Assembly (NCBI GenBank): GCA_964291675.2
Contig: OZ219865.1
Span: 224,001-288,000, forward strand
Length of the DNA: 64,000 nt
Origin: Alphaproteobacteria bacterium
Lineage (GTDB): Bacteria; Pseudomonadota; Alphaproteobacteria; MPNO01
Reading direction: 5' to 3'
Positions 55,577 to 64,000 of the stretch are shown here, piece by piece. A program made the translations under genes and the position numbers. Within the stretch, counting starts at the first letter, position 1; each line of letters starts with the position of its first letter. The notes below the pieces were generated by a model. That model was given only the letters and a program-made list of their open reading frames with translations, made no database searches and was not told the origin of the DNA.

Positions 55577-56791
55577 ATGGCCGCGGTCACCGACGAGGCG
55601 CTGGGCGAGGACGCCCCGGGCGCCGTCGCCGAGCTCAGGCGGCGCGCCGAGGATGCCGCGGAGGACTTCAGGACCCGGGTCGCCGACGCCGAGCGGGATC
55701 GCCGCGTTCCGGCCGAGAACATGGCCCGCATCCGCGACTCGGGGCTGCTCCGGGTCATCCAGGCGCGCAGCTGCGGCGGCCACGAGCTGTCGATGCGCGC
55801 CCATCTCGACGTGATCTCGGCGATCGGCGAGGGGTGTTCGTCGACCGCCTGGGTGCTCGGCGTCATGCACGCCCATAGCTGGATGATGGCCCATTTCCCG
55901 GGCGCGGCGCGGGACGACGTCTACGCCGCCGATCCCGACACCATGATCTCCGCGGTGATCGGGCCGCGCGGCAAGGCGGTGCTGAACGGCGACGGGTCGG
56001 CGACGCTGAGCGGGTTCTGGCCGTTCGGCTCGGGCTGCGAGCACGCCGCCTGGCTGCTGCTCGGCGCCGGGCTGTACGACGCGGCGGGCGAGATGGTCGA
56101 CGAGGCGGATTTCCTGGTGCGGACGAGCGACGTCGACATCCAGGACGACTGGTTCGTCGCCGGGCTGTCGGGCACCGGGAGCTGCTCGATCAAGGTGGAC
56201 GGGCTCACCGTGCCGGCGCACCGGCGGCTCTCGATCCCGGCCCTGATCGAGGGCAGGACGCCCGGCATGGCGGAGGGCTATGACGGCTGGCTGCACAAGG
56301 CCGAGGCGGTCCCGGTTCTCGCGCTCTGCCTGTGCGGCGGCGCGCTCGGGCTCGGCCGGGCGGCGCTCGCCGAGTTCCGCCGCACGGTCCAGGCCAAGCC
56401 GGTCGCCTACACGCCGCACATCCACTCCGAATGGTCGGCCACCCATATCAAGCTCGGCGAGGCGGCCTCGCTGATCGACGCGGCGCATCTCATGCTCTAC
56501 CGGGTGGCCGACGACATCGATTCCCACGCCCGGTCGGAGACGCCGATGTCGATGGAGATGCGCGCCCGCATCCGCATGGACTGCTCGCAGGGGGTGCGGT
56601 TCGCGCTCGACGGCGCGGAGAAGCTGTTCCTGATGGCCGGCGGCTCCAGCCTCGCGCTCAGGAGCCCGCTGCAACGGGCCTCGCGCGACCTGCACGCGAT
56701 CAACATGCACGGGCTGCTGCTGCCCGAGGCGAGCGCCGAGCTGTACGGAAGGGTGCTGCTCGGGCTGGAGCCGAATACACCCATTATCTAA
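55577..56791 (+). CDS. acyl-CoA-dehydrogenase-fold flavin-dependent monooxygenase (HsaA-like)
   Basis: GCSSTAWV, LSGFWPFGSGCEHA, DDWFVAGLSGTGS and PLQRASRDLH motifs. Confidence 0.88.
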   Translation: MAAVTDEALGEDAPGAVAELRRRAEDAAEDFRTRVADAERDRRVPAENMARIRDSGLLRVIQARSCGGHELSMRAHLDVISAIGEGCSSTAWVLGVMHAHSWMMAHFPGAARDDVYAADPDTMISAVIGPRGKAVLNGDGSATLSGFWPFGSGCEHAAWLLLGAGLYDAAGEMVDEADFLVRTSDVDIQDDWFVAGLSGTGSCSIKVDGLTVPAHRRLSIPALIEGRTPGMAEGYDGWLHKAEAVPVLALCLCGGALGLGRAALAEFRRTVQAKPVAYTPHIHSEWSATHIKLGEAASLIDAAHLMLYRVADDIDSHARSETPMSMEMRARIRMDCSQGVRFALDGAEKLFLMAGGSSLALRSPLQRASRDLHAINMHGLLLPEASAELYGRVLLGLEPNTPII

Positions 56792-56847
56792 GAAAACTCA
56801 ATCGCTTGCATTCCTATTCTCGCAACGAACGTCAAGGGGAGGACACG

Positions 56848-58155
56848 ATGACCACGAGCAGGAAGGGAACCGTATCGCGCAGGCGCGCCCTCAAATACGG
56901 CGGCGGCGTGCTCGCCGCGGCCGCGGCGTCGGGCTTCCCGGCGCCCGCCATCCATGCCGCGAGGACGGTGAAGATCGGCTTCGTCAGCCCGCAATCGGGG
57001 CCGCTCGCGGCCTTCGGCGAGGCCGACCGGTTCGTGCTCGCCGACGCGCGCGCGGCGATCGGCGACGGGATCACGATCGGCAAGAAGAAGTACCCGGTCG
57101 AGATCATCTCGCGCGATTCGCAGTCCAACCCCAACCGCGCCGCCGAGGTCGCCGCCGAGCTGATCCTCAAGCACGAGGTCAATCTGATGATCGGCTCGTC
57201 GAGCGGCACCACGGTCAACCCGGTCTCCGACCAGGCCGAGGCCAACGAGGTGCCCTGCGTGACCGCCGACACGCCCTGGCAGATCGTCTATTTCGGCCGC
57301 GGCGCCACGCCCGACAAGCCCTTCAAGTGGACCTACCACTTCTTCTGGGGCTTCGAGGACATGTTCAGCATCTTCATGGACATGTGGGATGCGCTCGGCA
57401 CCAACAAGAAGATCGGCAGCCTGATCGAGAACAGCGAGGACGGGGTCAACGGGGGCGACCCCAAGCGCGGTTTCCGGCCGCCGATGGAAGCCCGCGGGTT
57501 CGAGTACAACCAGCCGCCGCTGTTCACCATGGGAAGCCCCGACTTCACCGCCCAGATCGCGGCGTTCAAGAAGGAAGGCGTGGAGATCCTGACCGGCATC
57601 GCGACACCGCCCGACTTCACGACCTTCTGGACCCAGGCGGCGCAGCAGGGCCTGATCAAGCAGCTCAAGGCGGGAACCATGGCCAAGGCGCTGCTGTTCC
57701 CGCCGGCGGTCGCGGCGCTCGGCGACCGCGGCCACGGGCTGACCACGGAGGTGTGGTGGTCGTCCTCGCACCCGTTCAAGTCGAACCTGACCGGCAAGTC
57801 GTCGCGCGAGTTCGCCGATGCCTACACCGCCAAGACCAAGCGGCAATGGACCCAGCCCCTCGGCTTCAAGCACGCCAATATCGAGGTGGCGATCGACGTC
57901 CTGAAGCGCTGCGGCGATCCCGGCGACCCGAATGCGATTCTGAACGCGATCGAGAACACCGACTACGAGTCGATCGTCGGGCCGGTCTCGTGGAAGTTCG
58001 GCGACGCCCGCAACCCGGTCAAGAACGCCTGCCGCACGCCGCTGGTCGGCGGCCAGTGGAAGCGCGGCAAGACGTTCAAGTACGAACTCGACCTGGTGCA
58101 CAACGCGCGGGCGCCGGAGATCCCGTTGACCGGCAAGCTCGAACCGCTGAGCTAG
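56848..58155 (+). CDS. ABC transporter substrate-binding protein (Liv family), Tat signal
   Basis: SRRRALK Tat motif; KIGFVSPQSGPLAAFG and DSQSNPNRAA motifs. Confidence 0.92.
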   Translation: MTTSRKGTVSRRRALKYGGGVLAAAAASGFPAPAIHAARTVKIGFVSPQSGPLAAFGEADRFVLADARAAIGDGITIGKKKYPVEIISRDSQSNPNRAAEVAAELILKHEVNLMIGSSSGTTVNPVSDQAEANEVPCVTADTPWQIVYFGRGATPDKPFKWTYHFFWGFEDMFSIFMDMWDALGTNKKIGSLIENSEDGVNGGDPKRGFRPPMEARGFEYNQPPLFTMGSPDFTAQIAAFKKEGVEILTGIATPPDFTTFWTQAAQQGLIKQLKAGTMAKALLFPPAVAALGDRGHGLTTEVWWSSSHPFKSNLTGKSSREFADAYTAKTKRQWTQPLGFKHANIEVAIDVLKRCGDPGDPNAILNAIENTDYESIVGPVSWKFGDARNPVKNACRTPLVGGQWKRGKTFKYELDLVHNARAPEIPLTGKLEPLS

Positions 58156-58176
58156 GCGGGCTGCAAGGCGGTTGCC

Positions 58177-58285
58177 CGTCCTTCGATACGCCCCCTTCGG
58201 GGGCTGCCCAGGATGAGGGGAGGCCGGTGCGGCTCAAGCGAATGTCCTCATCCCGAGTAGGCCCGAAGGGCCGTATCGAGGGACG
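58177..58285. repeat. REP-like extragenic palindrome pair
   Basis: CGTCCTTCGATACG...GGATGAGG / CCTCATCC...CGTATCGAGGGACG inverted pair after the binding-protein gene. Confidence 0.7.
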
Positions 58286-58294
58286 CCCCGCCCG

Positions 58295-59020
58295 ATGAGC
58301 GCGATCCTCTCCGTCGAGAACCTGTCCAGGAGCTTCGGATCGCTCCTGGTGGTCGATTCGTTCGACATGGCGCTCGCCGAGGGCGAGGGGCTCGGCATCA
58401 TCGGCCCCAACGGGGCGGGCAAGAGCACGCTGTTCAACCTGATCACCGGCAGCCTGCCGCCGGACGGCGGCAGGATCCTGTTCGCCGGCGAGGACATCAC
58501 CCGCCTGCCGGCCCATCTCCGCTGCCGCGCCGGCATCGGGCGCTCCTACCAGATCCCGCACCCGTTCGGCGGGATGACGGTGTTCGAGAACCTGCTGGTC
58601 GGCGGCGCGTTCGGCGCCGGGCAGTCGGAGGCCGCGTCATACGGCCACTGCGTCGAGGTGCTGGAACGCACCGGGCTCGCGGCCAAGGCGAACGCTCTGG
58701 CCGGCTCGCTCACCTTGCTGGAGCGCAAGCGGCTCGAGCTCGCCCGGGCGCTGGCCACCCGCCCGCGCGTCCTGCTGCTCGACGAGATCGCCGGCGGGCT
58801 GACCGAGCACGAGATCCGGGAGCTCGTCGCCACCATCGGCGAGATCCGCAGCCAGGGCGTCTCCATCGTCTGGGTCGAGCACATCGTGCATGCGCTGATG
58901 TCGGTGGTCGACCGGCTGGTGGTGATCGATTTCGGCCGCAAGCTGGACGAGGGCGACCCGCAGGCGGTGATCGACAACCCCGTGGTGCGCGAGGTCTATC
59001 TCGGGATCGCCGTCGAATGA
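58295..59020 (+). CDS. ABC ATPase (LivG-like)
   Basis: GPNGAGKST, LLLDE and WVEH motifs. Confidence 0.93.
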   Translation: MSAILSVENLSRSFGSLLVVDSFDMALAEGEGLGIIGPNGAGKSTLFNLITGSLPPDGGRILFAGEDITRLPAHLRCRAGIGRSYQIPHPFGGMTVFENLLVGGAFGAGQSEAASYGHCVEVLERTGLAAKANALAGSLTLLERKRLELARALATRPRVLLLDEIAGGLTEHEIRELVATIGEIRSQGVSIVWVEHIVHALMSVVDRLVVIDFGRKLDEGDPQAVIDNPVVREVYLGIAVE

Positions 59021-59715
59021 GCCTGCTGGCAATCCGCAACCTCGATGCGTTCTACGGCGATTTCCAGGCGCTGTTCGGCCTCGATTTCGACCTCGACGAG
59101 CACGAGACCGTGGCCGCGATCGGCGCCAACGGCGCCGGCAAGACGACGCTCCTGCGGGCGATCACCGGCATGGTCGAGGCGACCAGCGAGGCGCTCGACT
59201 ATCGCGGCGAGAGCATCCAGTCTCGCGAGGCCGCCGATATCGTGGCGCTGGGGATCGCCATGGTGCCCGAGGGGCGCCGGCTCTTCCCCAGCCTGAGCGT
59301 CGAGGAGAACCTGATCATCGGCGGCCATTCGGGCCGGCCGGGAAGCTGGTCGCTGGAGCGCGTCTACGAGCTGTTCCCGGCATTGCGCAACCGGCGCTCG
59401 GTTCCCGGAACCGCGCTCAGCGGCGGCGAGCAGCAGATGACTGCGATCGGCCGGGCGCTGATGTCCAACCCCGAGCTGATCCTGTTCGACGAGCTCTCGC
59501 TCGGCCTCGCCCCCGTGGTGGTCGGCGAGATCTACGAGGTCCTGCCCGCGATCAAGGCCGAGGGCACCGCCATGGTGGTGGTCGAGCAGGACATCAACCG
59601 CGCGCTCGAGGTGGCCGACCGGGTCTACTGCCTCCAGGAAGGCCGCCTCGCGCTGACCGGCGCGCCGGCGAGCCTGACACGCGACCGGATCGCGGCGGCC
59701 TATTTCGGGACCTGA
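59017..59715 (+). CDS. ABC ATPase (LivF-like)
   Basis: GANGAGKTT, LSGGEQQM and DELSLGLAP motifs. Confidence 0.93.
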   Translation: MSLLAIRNLDAFYGDFQALFGLDFDLDEHETVAAIGANGAGKTTLLRAITGMVEATSEALDYRGESIQSREAADIVALGIAMVPEGRRLFPSLSVEENLIIGGHSGRPGSWSLERVYELFPALRNRRSVPGTALSGGEQQMTAIGRALMSNPELILFDELSLGLAPVVVGEIYEVLPAIKAEGTAMVVVEQDINRALEVADRVYCLQEGRLALTGAPASLTRDRIAAAYFGT

Positions 59716-59767
59716 CAGTCACTCCCGGTAGAATGACATCCAGGACGATTCTCCTTATACTTGCCGA

Positions 59768-60061
59768 ATGAGCGCCGAGATCGTCACCATGCTGGGCGGC
59801 TTCGCCACGCTGTTCGCCGCCGGCGGCACGTTCGCGATGTTCATGTTCCGGCTGTTCGTGCGGCTGGAGGGCAGGGTGGATGCCCTGGCCGCCGACGTCG
59901 CCGGTCTGCGTGGCGAGGTCGCCGATCTGCGCGGCGATCTGACCGCGCTGGCTCGCGAGGTCGCCGATCTGCGCGGCGATCTGACCGCACTGGCTCGCAA
60001 GGTCTCCGAGTTGCGCGGCGAATTCCGCGGCCGCTCCGGCACGCATCCGGCGGCGCAATGA
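59768..60061 (+). CDS. small TM plus coiled-coil protein with a 14-aa tandem repeat
   Basis: 42-bp tandem repeat at 59913-59954 and 59955-59996 (EVADLRGDLTALAR). Confidence 0.7.
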   Translation: MSAEIVTMLGGFATLFAAGGTFAMFMFRLFVRLEGRVDALAADVAGLRGEVADLRGDLTALAREVADLRGDLTALARKVSELRGEFRGRSGTHPAAQ

Positions 60062-60276
60062 CGGTGAACGCCGAGATCGTCACCATGCTGGGTGTCGGCG
60101 TTGCGCTTGCATTGTTCATCTGGCGCGTATTCGCCTTGCTGGACAAACGGATGGACCGGCTGGAAGACAAGGTCGACGGTTTTGCCGAACGTCTGGCGCG
60201 GCTGGAAGGCGCCGTCGATCTGCTGACCAAATTCCTGATCGACCGGGAGCGCGGTCGACAGACCGCGGCGGAATGA
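60058..60276 (+). CDS. small TM plus coiled-coil protein, paralogous to the upstream gene
   Basis: Shares the AEIVTMLG start; RLEDKVDGFAERLARLEG coiled coil. Confidence 0.7.
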   Translation: MTVNAEIVTMLGVGVALALFIWRVFALLDKRMDRLEDKVDGFAERLARLEGAVDLLTKFLIDRERGRQTAAE

Positions 60277-60381
60277 CCGTGTGGCCGACGGCGGGCCCGC
60301 CACCGCCTGACATTCGTACCGACACATAGTCCCGGGAACGCGAAGCGCGCGCGGCCGGGCCTCCCTCGCTATGCTCTGCCC

Positions 60382-61254
60382 ATGATCGAGTGGATCAACA
60401 GCATCGTGCAGGGGGTGCTGACCGGCGGGCTCTATGCGCTGTTCGCCGCGGGGCTCGCCATCATCTTCGGGGTGATGCGGCTGGTGAACATCGCCCACGG
60501 CGACCTGATCGTGCTCGCCGCCTTCATCGCCATGGTGGTGATCGAGACCGCCGGGGTCGATCCCTTCGTCAGCATGATCGCCGTGCTGCCGTTCATGTTC
60601 TTCTTCGGCTACGTGCTGCAGCGCGCCGTCCTCAACTACACCCTCGGCGACGACCTCTTGCCGCCCTTGCTGGTGACCTTCGGCATCTCGATCGTCATCC
60701 AGAACCTGCTGCTGGAAATATTTTCCGCCGATTCGCAGCGCCTCAACGCCGGCGCCATCGAGACCGCCAGCATCAAGCTGGCCGAGGGCATCGAGATCGG
60801 CACCCTGCCGCTGATCGTCTTCGTCATCGCGGTGGCGCTGATCGCGGCGCTCCAGATCGGCTTCAGCCGCACCCGGCTCGGCCGGGCGTTCCGCGCCACC
60901 TCGGACGATCCCTCCACCGCGCGGCTGATGGGAATCAAGCAGAAGCACGTCTTCGGCCTCGCCATGGCGGTCTCGCTGGTGCTGGTGGCGATCGCCGGAA
61001 TCTTCATCGGCATCCGGACCAATTTCGATCCGGCGCTCGGGCCGTCGCGGCTGCTGTTCGCCTTCGAGGCGGTGATCATCGGCGGGCTCGGCTCGATGTG
61101 GGGCACGCTCGTCGGCGGCGTCATCCTCGGCGTGGCGCAGAATATCGGCGCCAAGATCGACCCCGGCTGGCAGATCCTCGCCGGCCATATCGCCTTCCTG
61201 GTTATCCTGGTGCTCAGGCCGAACGGCCTGTTCCCGAGGACCCGCGATGACTAG
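60382..61254 (+). CDS. ABC permease (LivH-like)
   Basis: YALFAAGL.IIFGVMRLVNIAHG, GRAFRA and RPNGLF motifs. Confidence 0.93.
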   Translation: MIEWINSIVQGVLTGGLYALFAAGLAIIFGVMRLVNIAHGDLIVLAAFIAMVVIETAGVDPFVSMIAVLPFMFFFGYVLQRAVLNYTLGDDLLPPLLVTFGISIVIQNLLLEIFSADSQRLNAGAIETASIKLAEGIEIGTLPLIVFVIAVALIAALQIGFSRTRLGRAFRATSDDPSTARLMGIKQKHVFGLAMAVSLVLVAIAGIFIGIRTNFDPALGPSRLLFAFEAVIIGGLGSMWGTLVGGVILGVAQNIGAKIDPGWQILAGHIAFLVILVLRPNGLFPRTRDD

Positions 61255-62263
61255 CCGGGTGATCCGCTCGACCCGGGCGAGCCGGATCGGCGTGGCGGCC
61301 GGCGCGGCGCTGATCGTGGTGCTGCTCACCGTGCCCTGGTGGGGCGACCGGGCGTCGATGCGCCTGCTGGTCGAGATCTTCTACATCCTGGCGCTGGCGC
61401 AGCTGTGGAACCTGCTGGCCGGCTATGGCGGGCTGGTCTCGGTCGGCCAGCAGGCCTTTGTCGGGCTCGGCGGCTACCTGCTGTTCATCCTTGTCATCTA
61501 TCTCGATATCGGGGCGATCTGGACGGTGCCGATGGCGGGCGTCCTCGGCGCGCTGATCTCGCTCCCCATCGCCTTCATCGTGTTCCGGCTGCGGGGCCAC
61601 TATTTCGCCATCGGCACCTGGGTGGTCGCCGAGGTGTTCCTGCTCGGCTTCGCCCAGGTGAAGGAGCTCGGCGGCGGGTCCGGCATGAGCCTGCCGATCG
61701 CCGCGATCAAGTCGATCGCCGCCTCCCGGGCGGACCGGGACGCCACGGTCTATTGGCTCGCGCTGGCGCTCGCGGTCGCGGTGATCGTCGGCATCTATCT
61801 GCTGCTGCGCTCGCGCTACGGGCTCGCGCTCACCGCGATCCGCGACTCGGAAGAGGCCTCGCGCAGCCTCGGCGTCGACAACTTCCGGGCCAAGCTGATG
61901 GTCTACATCCTCGCCGCGTTCGGCACCTCGGCGATCGGCGCGCTGATCTACATCACCAAGATCCGCATCACCCCGAGTGCTGCCTTCGACATCAACTGGA
62001 CCGTGACCATCATATTCATCGTGGTGATCGGCGGAATCGGGTCGATCGAGGGGCCGATCGTCGGCACGCTGATCTTCTTCCTGCTGCGCGAGCCGCTCGC
62101 CCCCTACGGCACCTGGTACCTGATCCTGCTCGGCCTGACCGCGGTGGTGGTCATGCTGAAGGCGCCCAAGGGCCTGTGGGGGCTGTTCTCGCAGCGTTTC
62201 GACATCGCCCTGTTCCCGGTGCAGCGGCGTCTGGTGCGGGCGGCGGACGACGGGCCGGGCTGA
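61247..62263 (+). CDS. ABC permease (LivM-like)
   Basis: WNLLAGYGGLVSVGQ, RLRGHYFAI and AIRDSE motifs. Confidence 0.93.
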   Translation: MTSRVIRSTRASRIGVAAGAALIVVLLTVPWWGDRASMRLLVEIFYILALAQLWNLLAGYGGLVSVGQQAFVGLGGYLLFILVIYLDIGAIWTVPMAGVLGALISLPIAFIVFRLRGHYFAIGTWVVAEVFLLGFAQVKELGGGSGMSLPIAAIKSIAASRADRDATVYWLALALAVAVIVGIYLLLRSRYGLALTAIRDSEEASRSLGVDNFRAKLMVYILAAFGTSAIGALIYITKIRITPSAAFDINWTVTIIFIVVIGGIGSIEGPIVGTLIFFLLREPLAPYGTWYLILLGLTAVVVMLKAPKGLWGLFSQRFDIALFPVQRRLVRAADDGPG

Positions 62264-62271
62264 GCGCCGGT

Positions 62272-63450
62272 TTGCGGATTCCCCGCTCCCATGCCGCGAT
62301 CTTCGCGCTGGGTTTCTTCGGCCTCGGCTTCGTGCCGATGATGACCGTGGCCGTGCCGCTCTGGGCGCTCGACATCGGGGCGACGCCGCTGATGATCGGC
62401 TTGGTGCTGGGCGCCCGCGCGGCGCTCTCCGTCGTGCTGTCGATCCCCGGCGGCGCGCTGATGGACCGGCTCGGCATCAACCGGATCGCCGCCGCCGCGG
62501 CGATCGCCACCGCGCTCCTGTTCCCGCTCTACCCGGCGCTGCCCTCGGTGGCGGTGCTGATCGCGCTCCAGCTCCTGACCGGCTTCGCCCAGGCGCTGGT
62601 GTGGATGGCCGCGCAGGCCCATGTCGGGCGGATCAACCGCGACGATCCCGGGCTGATGGGGCGGTTCAGCTTCGTCTCCACCTCGGGGAACCTGGTCGCG
62701 CCGGTGCTCTGCGGGACGGCGTGGGACGCGTTCGGCCCCGTCGGGGCGTTCTCCCTGATCGGCGCCTGGGGTCTCGCCACCCTGGTCGTGATCGGCTTCC
62801 TGCCGCGCGACGTGCGGCGGGGCGACACGCCGGGCGAGGGCAGGGCGCGCGGGTCCTGGCTCGGCGACTACCGGGACGCGCTCGCGATTATCGGGGCGCC
62901 CGCGGTCGCCTTCGTGGTCGCGTGCTCCTTCCTGATGACCTGCGTCCACGCGCTGCGCCACTCGTTCTACCCGGTCTATCTCGAATCGCTCGACTTCGGC
63001 GGGACCACCATCGGCGTGCTGGTCGCCGTCGGCTCGGTGGTGGCGGGGCTCTCCGGCCTCGCGGCGGGGCCGGTCTCGCGCAGGGTGCGTCCCAACATCT
63101 TGCTGGTCGCGACCGTCGGCACCGCCGCGGCGCTCTTGTCCAGCGTCGTGCTGTTTCGCGAGTTCTGGCAGCTTCTCGGCATCGCCGCGGGGTGGGGCGT
63201 GGCTTCCGGCATCGCGTTCCCGCTGATGCTCTACGTGCTGGCCCGCTCGGTGAACGCCGAGCGCCAGGGGATGAGCGTCGGCATCAGGTCCACGGTCAAC
63301 CGGCTCGCCGGCTTCGTGGTTCCTGTCGCCGTCGGGGCGGCAGTCGAGGGGTTCGGCCTCGAGATCGCGTTTTTCGTCTTCGGCGCGGTTATGCTCGCGG
63401 CGCTCGGCCTCATCGCGCTGCGCCTGATGCCGGAGGCCGGGCGCGGATAA
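62272..63450 (+). CDS. MFS transporter
   Basis: About 12 TMs and motif A GALMDRLG; start uncertain (TTG 62272 or CTG 62260). Confidence 0.85.
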   Translation: MRIPRSHAAIFALGFFGLGFVPMMTVAVPLWALDIGATPLMIGLVLGARAALSVVLSIPGGALMDRLGINRIAAAAAIATALLFPLYPALPSVAVLIALQLLTGFAQALVWMAAQAHVGRINRDDPGLMGRFSFVSTSGNLVAPVLCGTAWDAFGPVGAFSLIGAWGLATLVVIGFLPRDVRRGDTPGEGRARGSWLGDYRDALAIIGAPAVAFVVACSFLMTCVHALRHSFYPVYLESLDFGGTTIGVLVAVGSVVAGLSGLAAGPVSRRVRPNILLVATVGTAAALLSSVVLFREFWQLLGIAAGWGVASGIAFPLMLYVLARSVNAERQGMSVGIRSTVNRLAGFVVPVAVGAAVEGFGLEIAFFVFGAVMLAALGLIALRLMPEAGRG

Positions 63451-63467
63451 CGGATCGCGGGTACGCC

Positions 63468-64000
63468 ATGGAAATCGTCATCGGAACATCGGAGCCCGGC
63501 AGCACCTTCTACACCCAGGCCGAGGCCATCGCGGCGGTGGCGCGGGAGCGGGAGGCGTTCGACCGGGTCGACATCTTCGCCACGCCCACCGCCAGCGTGG
63601 GCAATGCCGAGCGCCTGGAATCGGGCGAGCTCGCGTTCGGCTTTCTCGCCGCCAACTGGATCGGCCGGGCGGCGCGCGGCGAGGCGCCGTTCGGGCGCGC
63701 GCTCGACATCCGCATGGCGGCGCCGGCGAATTCCGGGCCGATGTTCTTCATCGCGCGCGCCGGATCGGGGATCGAGACGGTCGACGATCTGCGCGGCAAG
63801 CGGGTCTCCATCGGCCCCGCCGGCAGCGGCATGGCGCAGCACGTGGCGACCGTGTTCGGCGTGCTCGGCATCGGCTTCGAGACCTTCGAGCCGGTGCATC
63901 TCAACTTCCTCGACGGCGCCAACGCGCTGGCGGCCGGCGAGATCGACGCCCAGTTCCAGTGCCCGATCCCCAACCGGGTGATGACCGGGCTCGCCGAACG
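63468..64000 (+). CDS. TAXI-family TRAP solute-binding protein (truncated at window end)
   Basis: IGTSEPGSTFY, ASVGNA and DLRGKRVSIGPAGSG motifs. Confidence 0.85.
   Translation, partial: MEIVIGTSEPGSTFYTQAEAIAAVAREREAFDRVDIFATPTASVGNAERLESGELAFGFLAANWIGRAARGEAPFGRALDIRMAAPANSGPMFFIARAGSGIETVDDLRGKRVSIGPAGSGMAQHVATVFGVLGIGFETFEPVHLNFLDGANALAAGEIDAQFQCPIPNRVMTGLAE

Overview
GC-rich, probably proteobacterial DNA made of four blocks. (1) 1-11.0 kb is the leading region of a conjugative element, with genes almost all on the + strand pointing at an oriT whose core matches the F-plasmid nic sequence (11040-11053). It carries a strawberry-notch-like helicase end, a HigBA-type TA pair, two SLOG proteins, SSB, AlkB, NADAR, a Toprim primase and DUF4326. 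(2) 11.5-41.8 kb is a ~30 kb minus-strand run: giant Calx-beta autotransporter, frameshifted FseA-like (DUF6499/DUF2285) activator, RdfS/AlpA-like HTH, F-type tra operon (A L E K B V C, HD-like gene, trbI, trhF, W, ssb, U, trbC, N, F, H, G), traD, MOBF relaxase and an RHH protein. (3) 41.8-52.8 kb holds a Cre-like tyrosine recombinase flanked by two inverted loxP-like 14-8-14 sites, then decayed and low-GC cargo, IS remnants and a CapH/CapP-regulated CdnE-Cap15 CBASS. (4) 52.9-64 kb is a host-like aromatic catabolism and transport cluster. The best candidate for a new system is the self-inverting Cre/lox-like cassette. It abuts the ribosome-binding site of the adhesin gene and carries an outward-facing TTGACA, so inversion could switch the adhesin, activator and conjugation genes on or off. 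All family calls come from motif recognition by eye; no database search was run.
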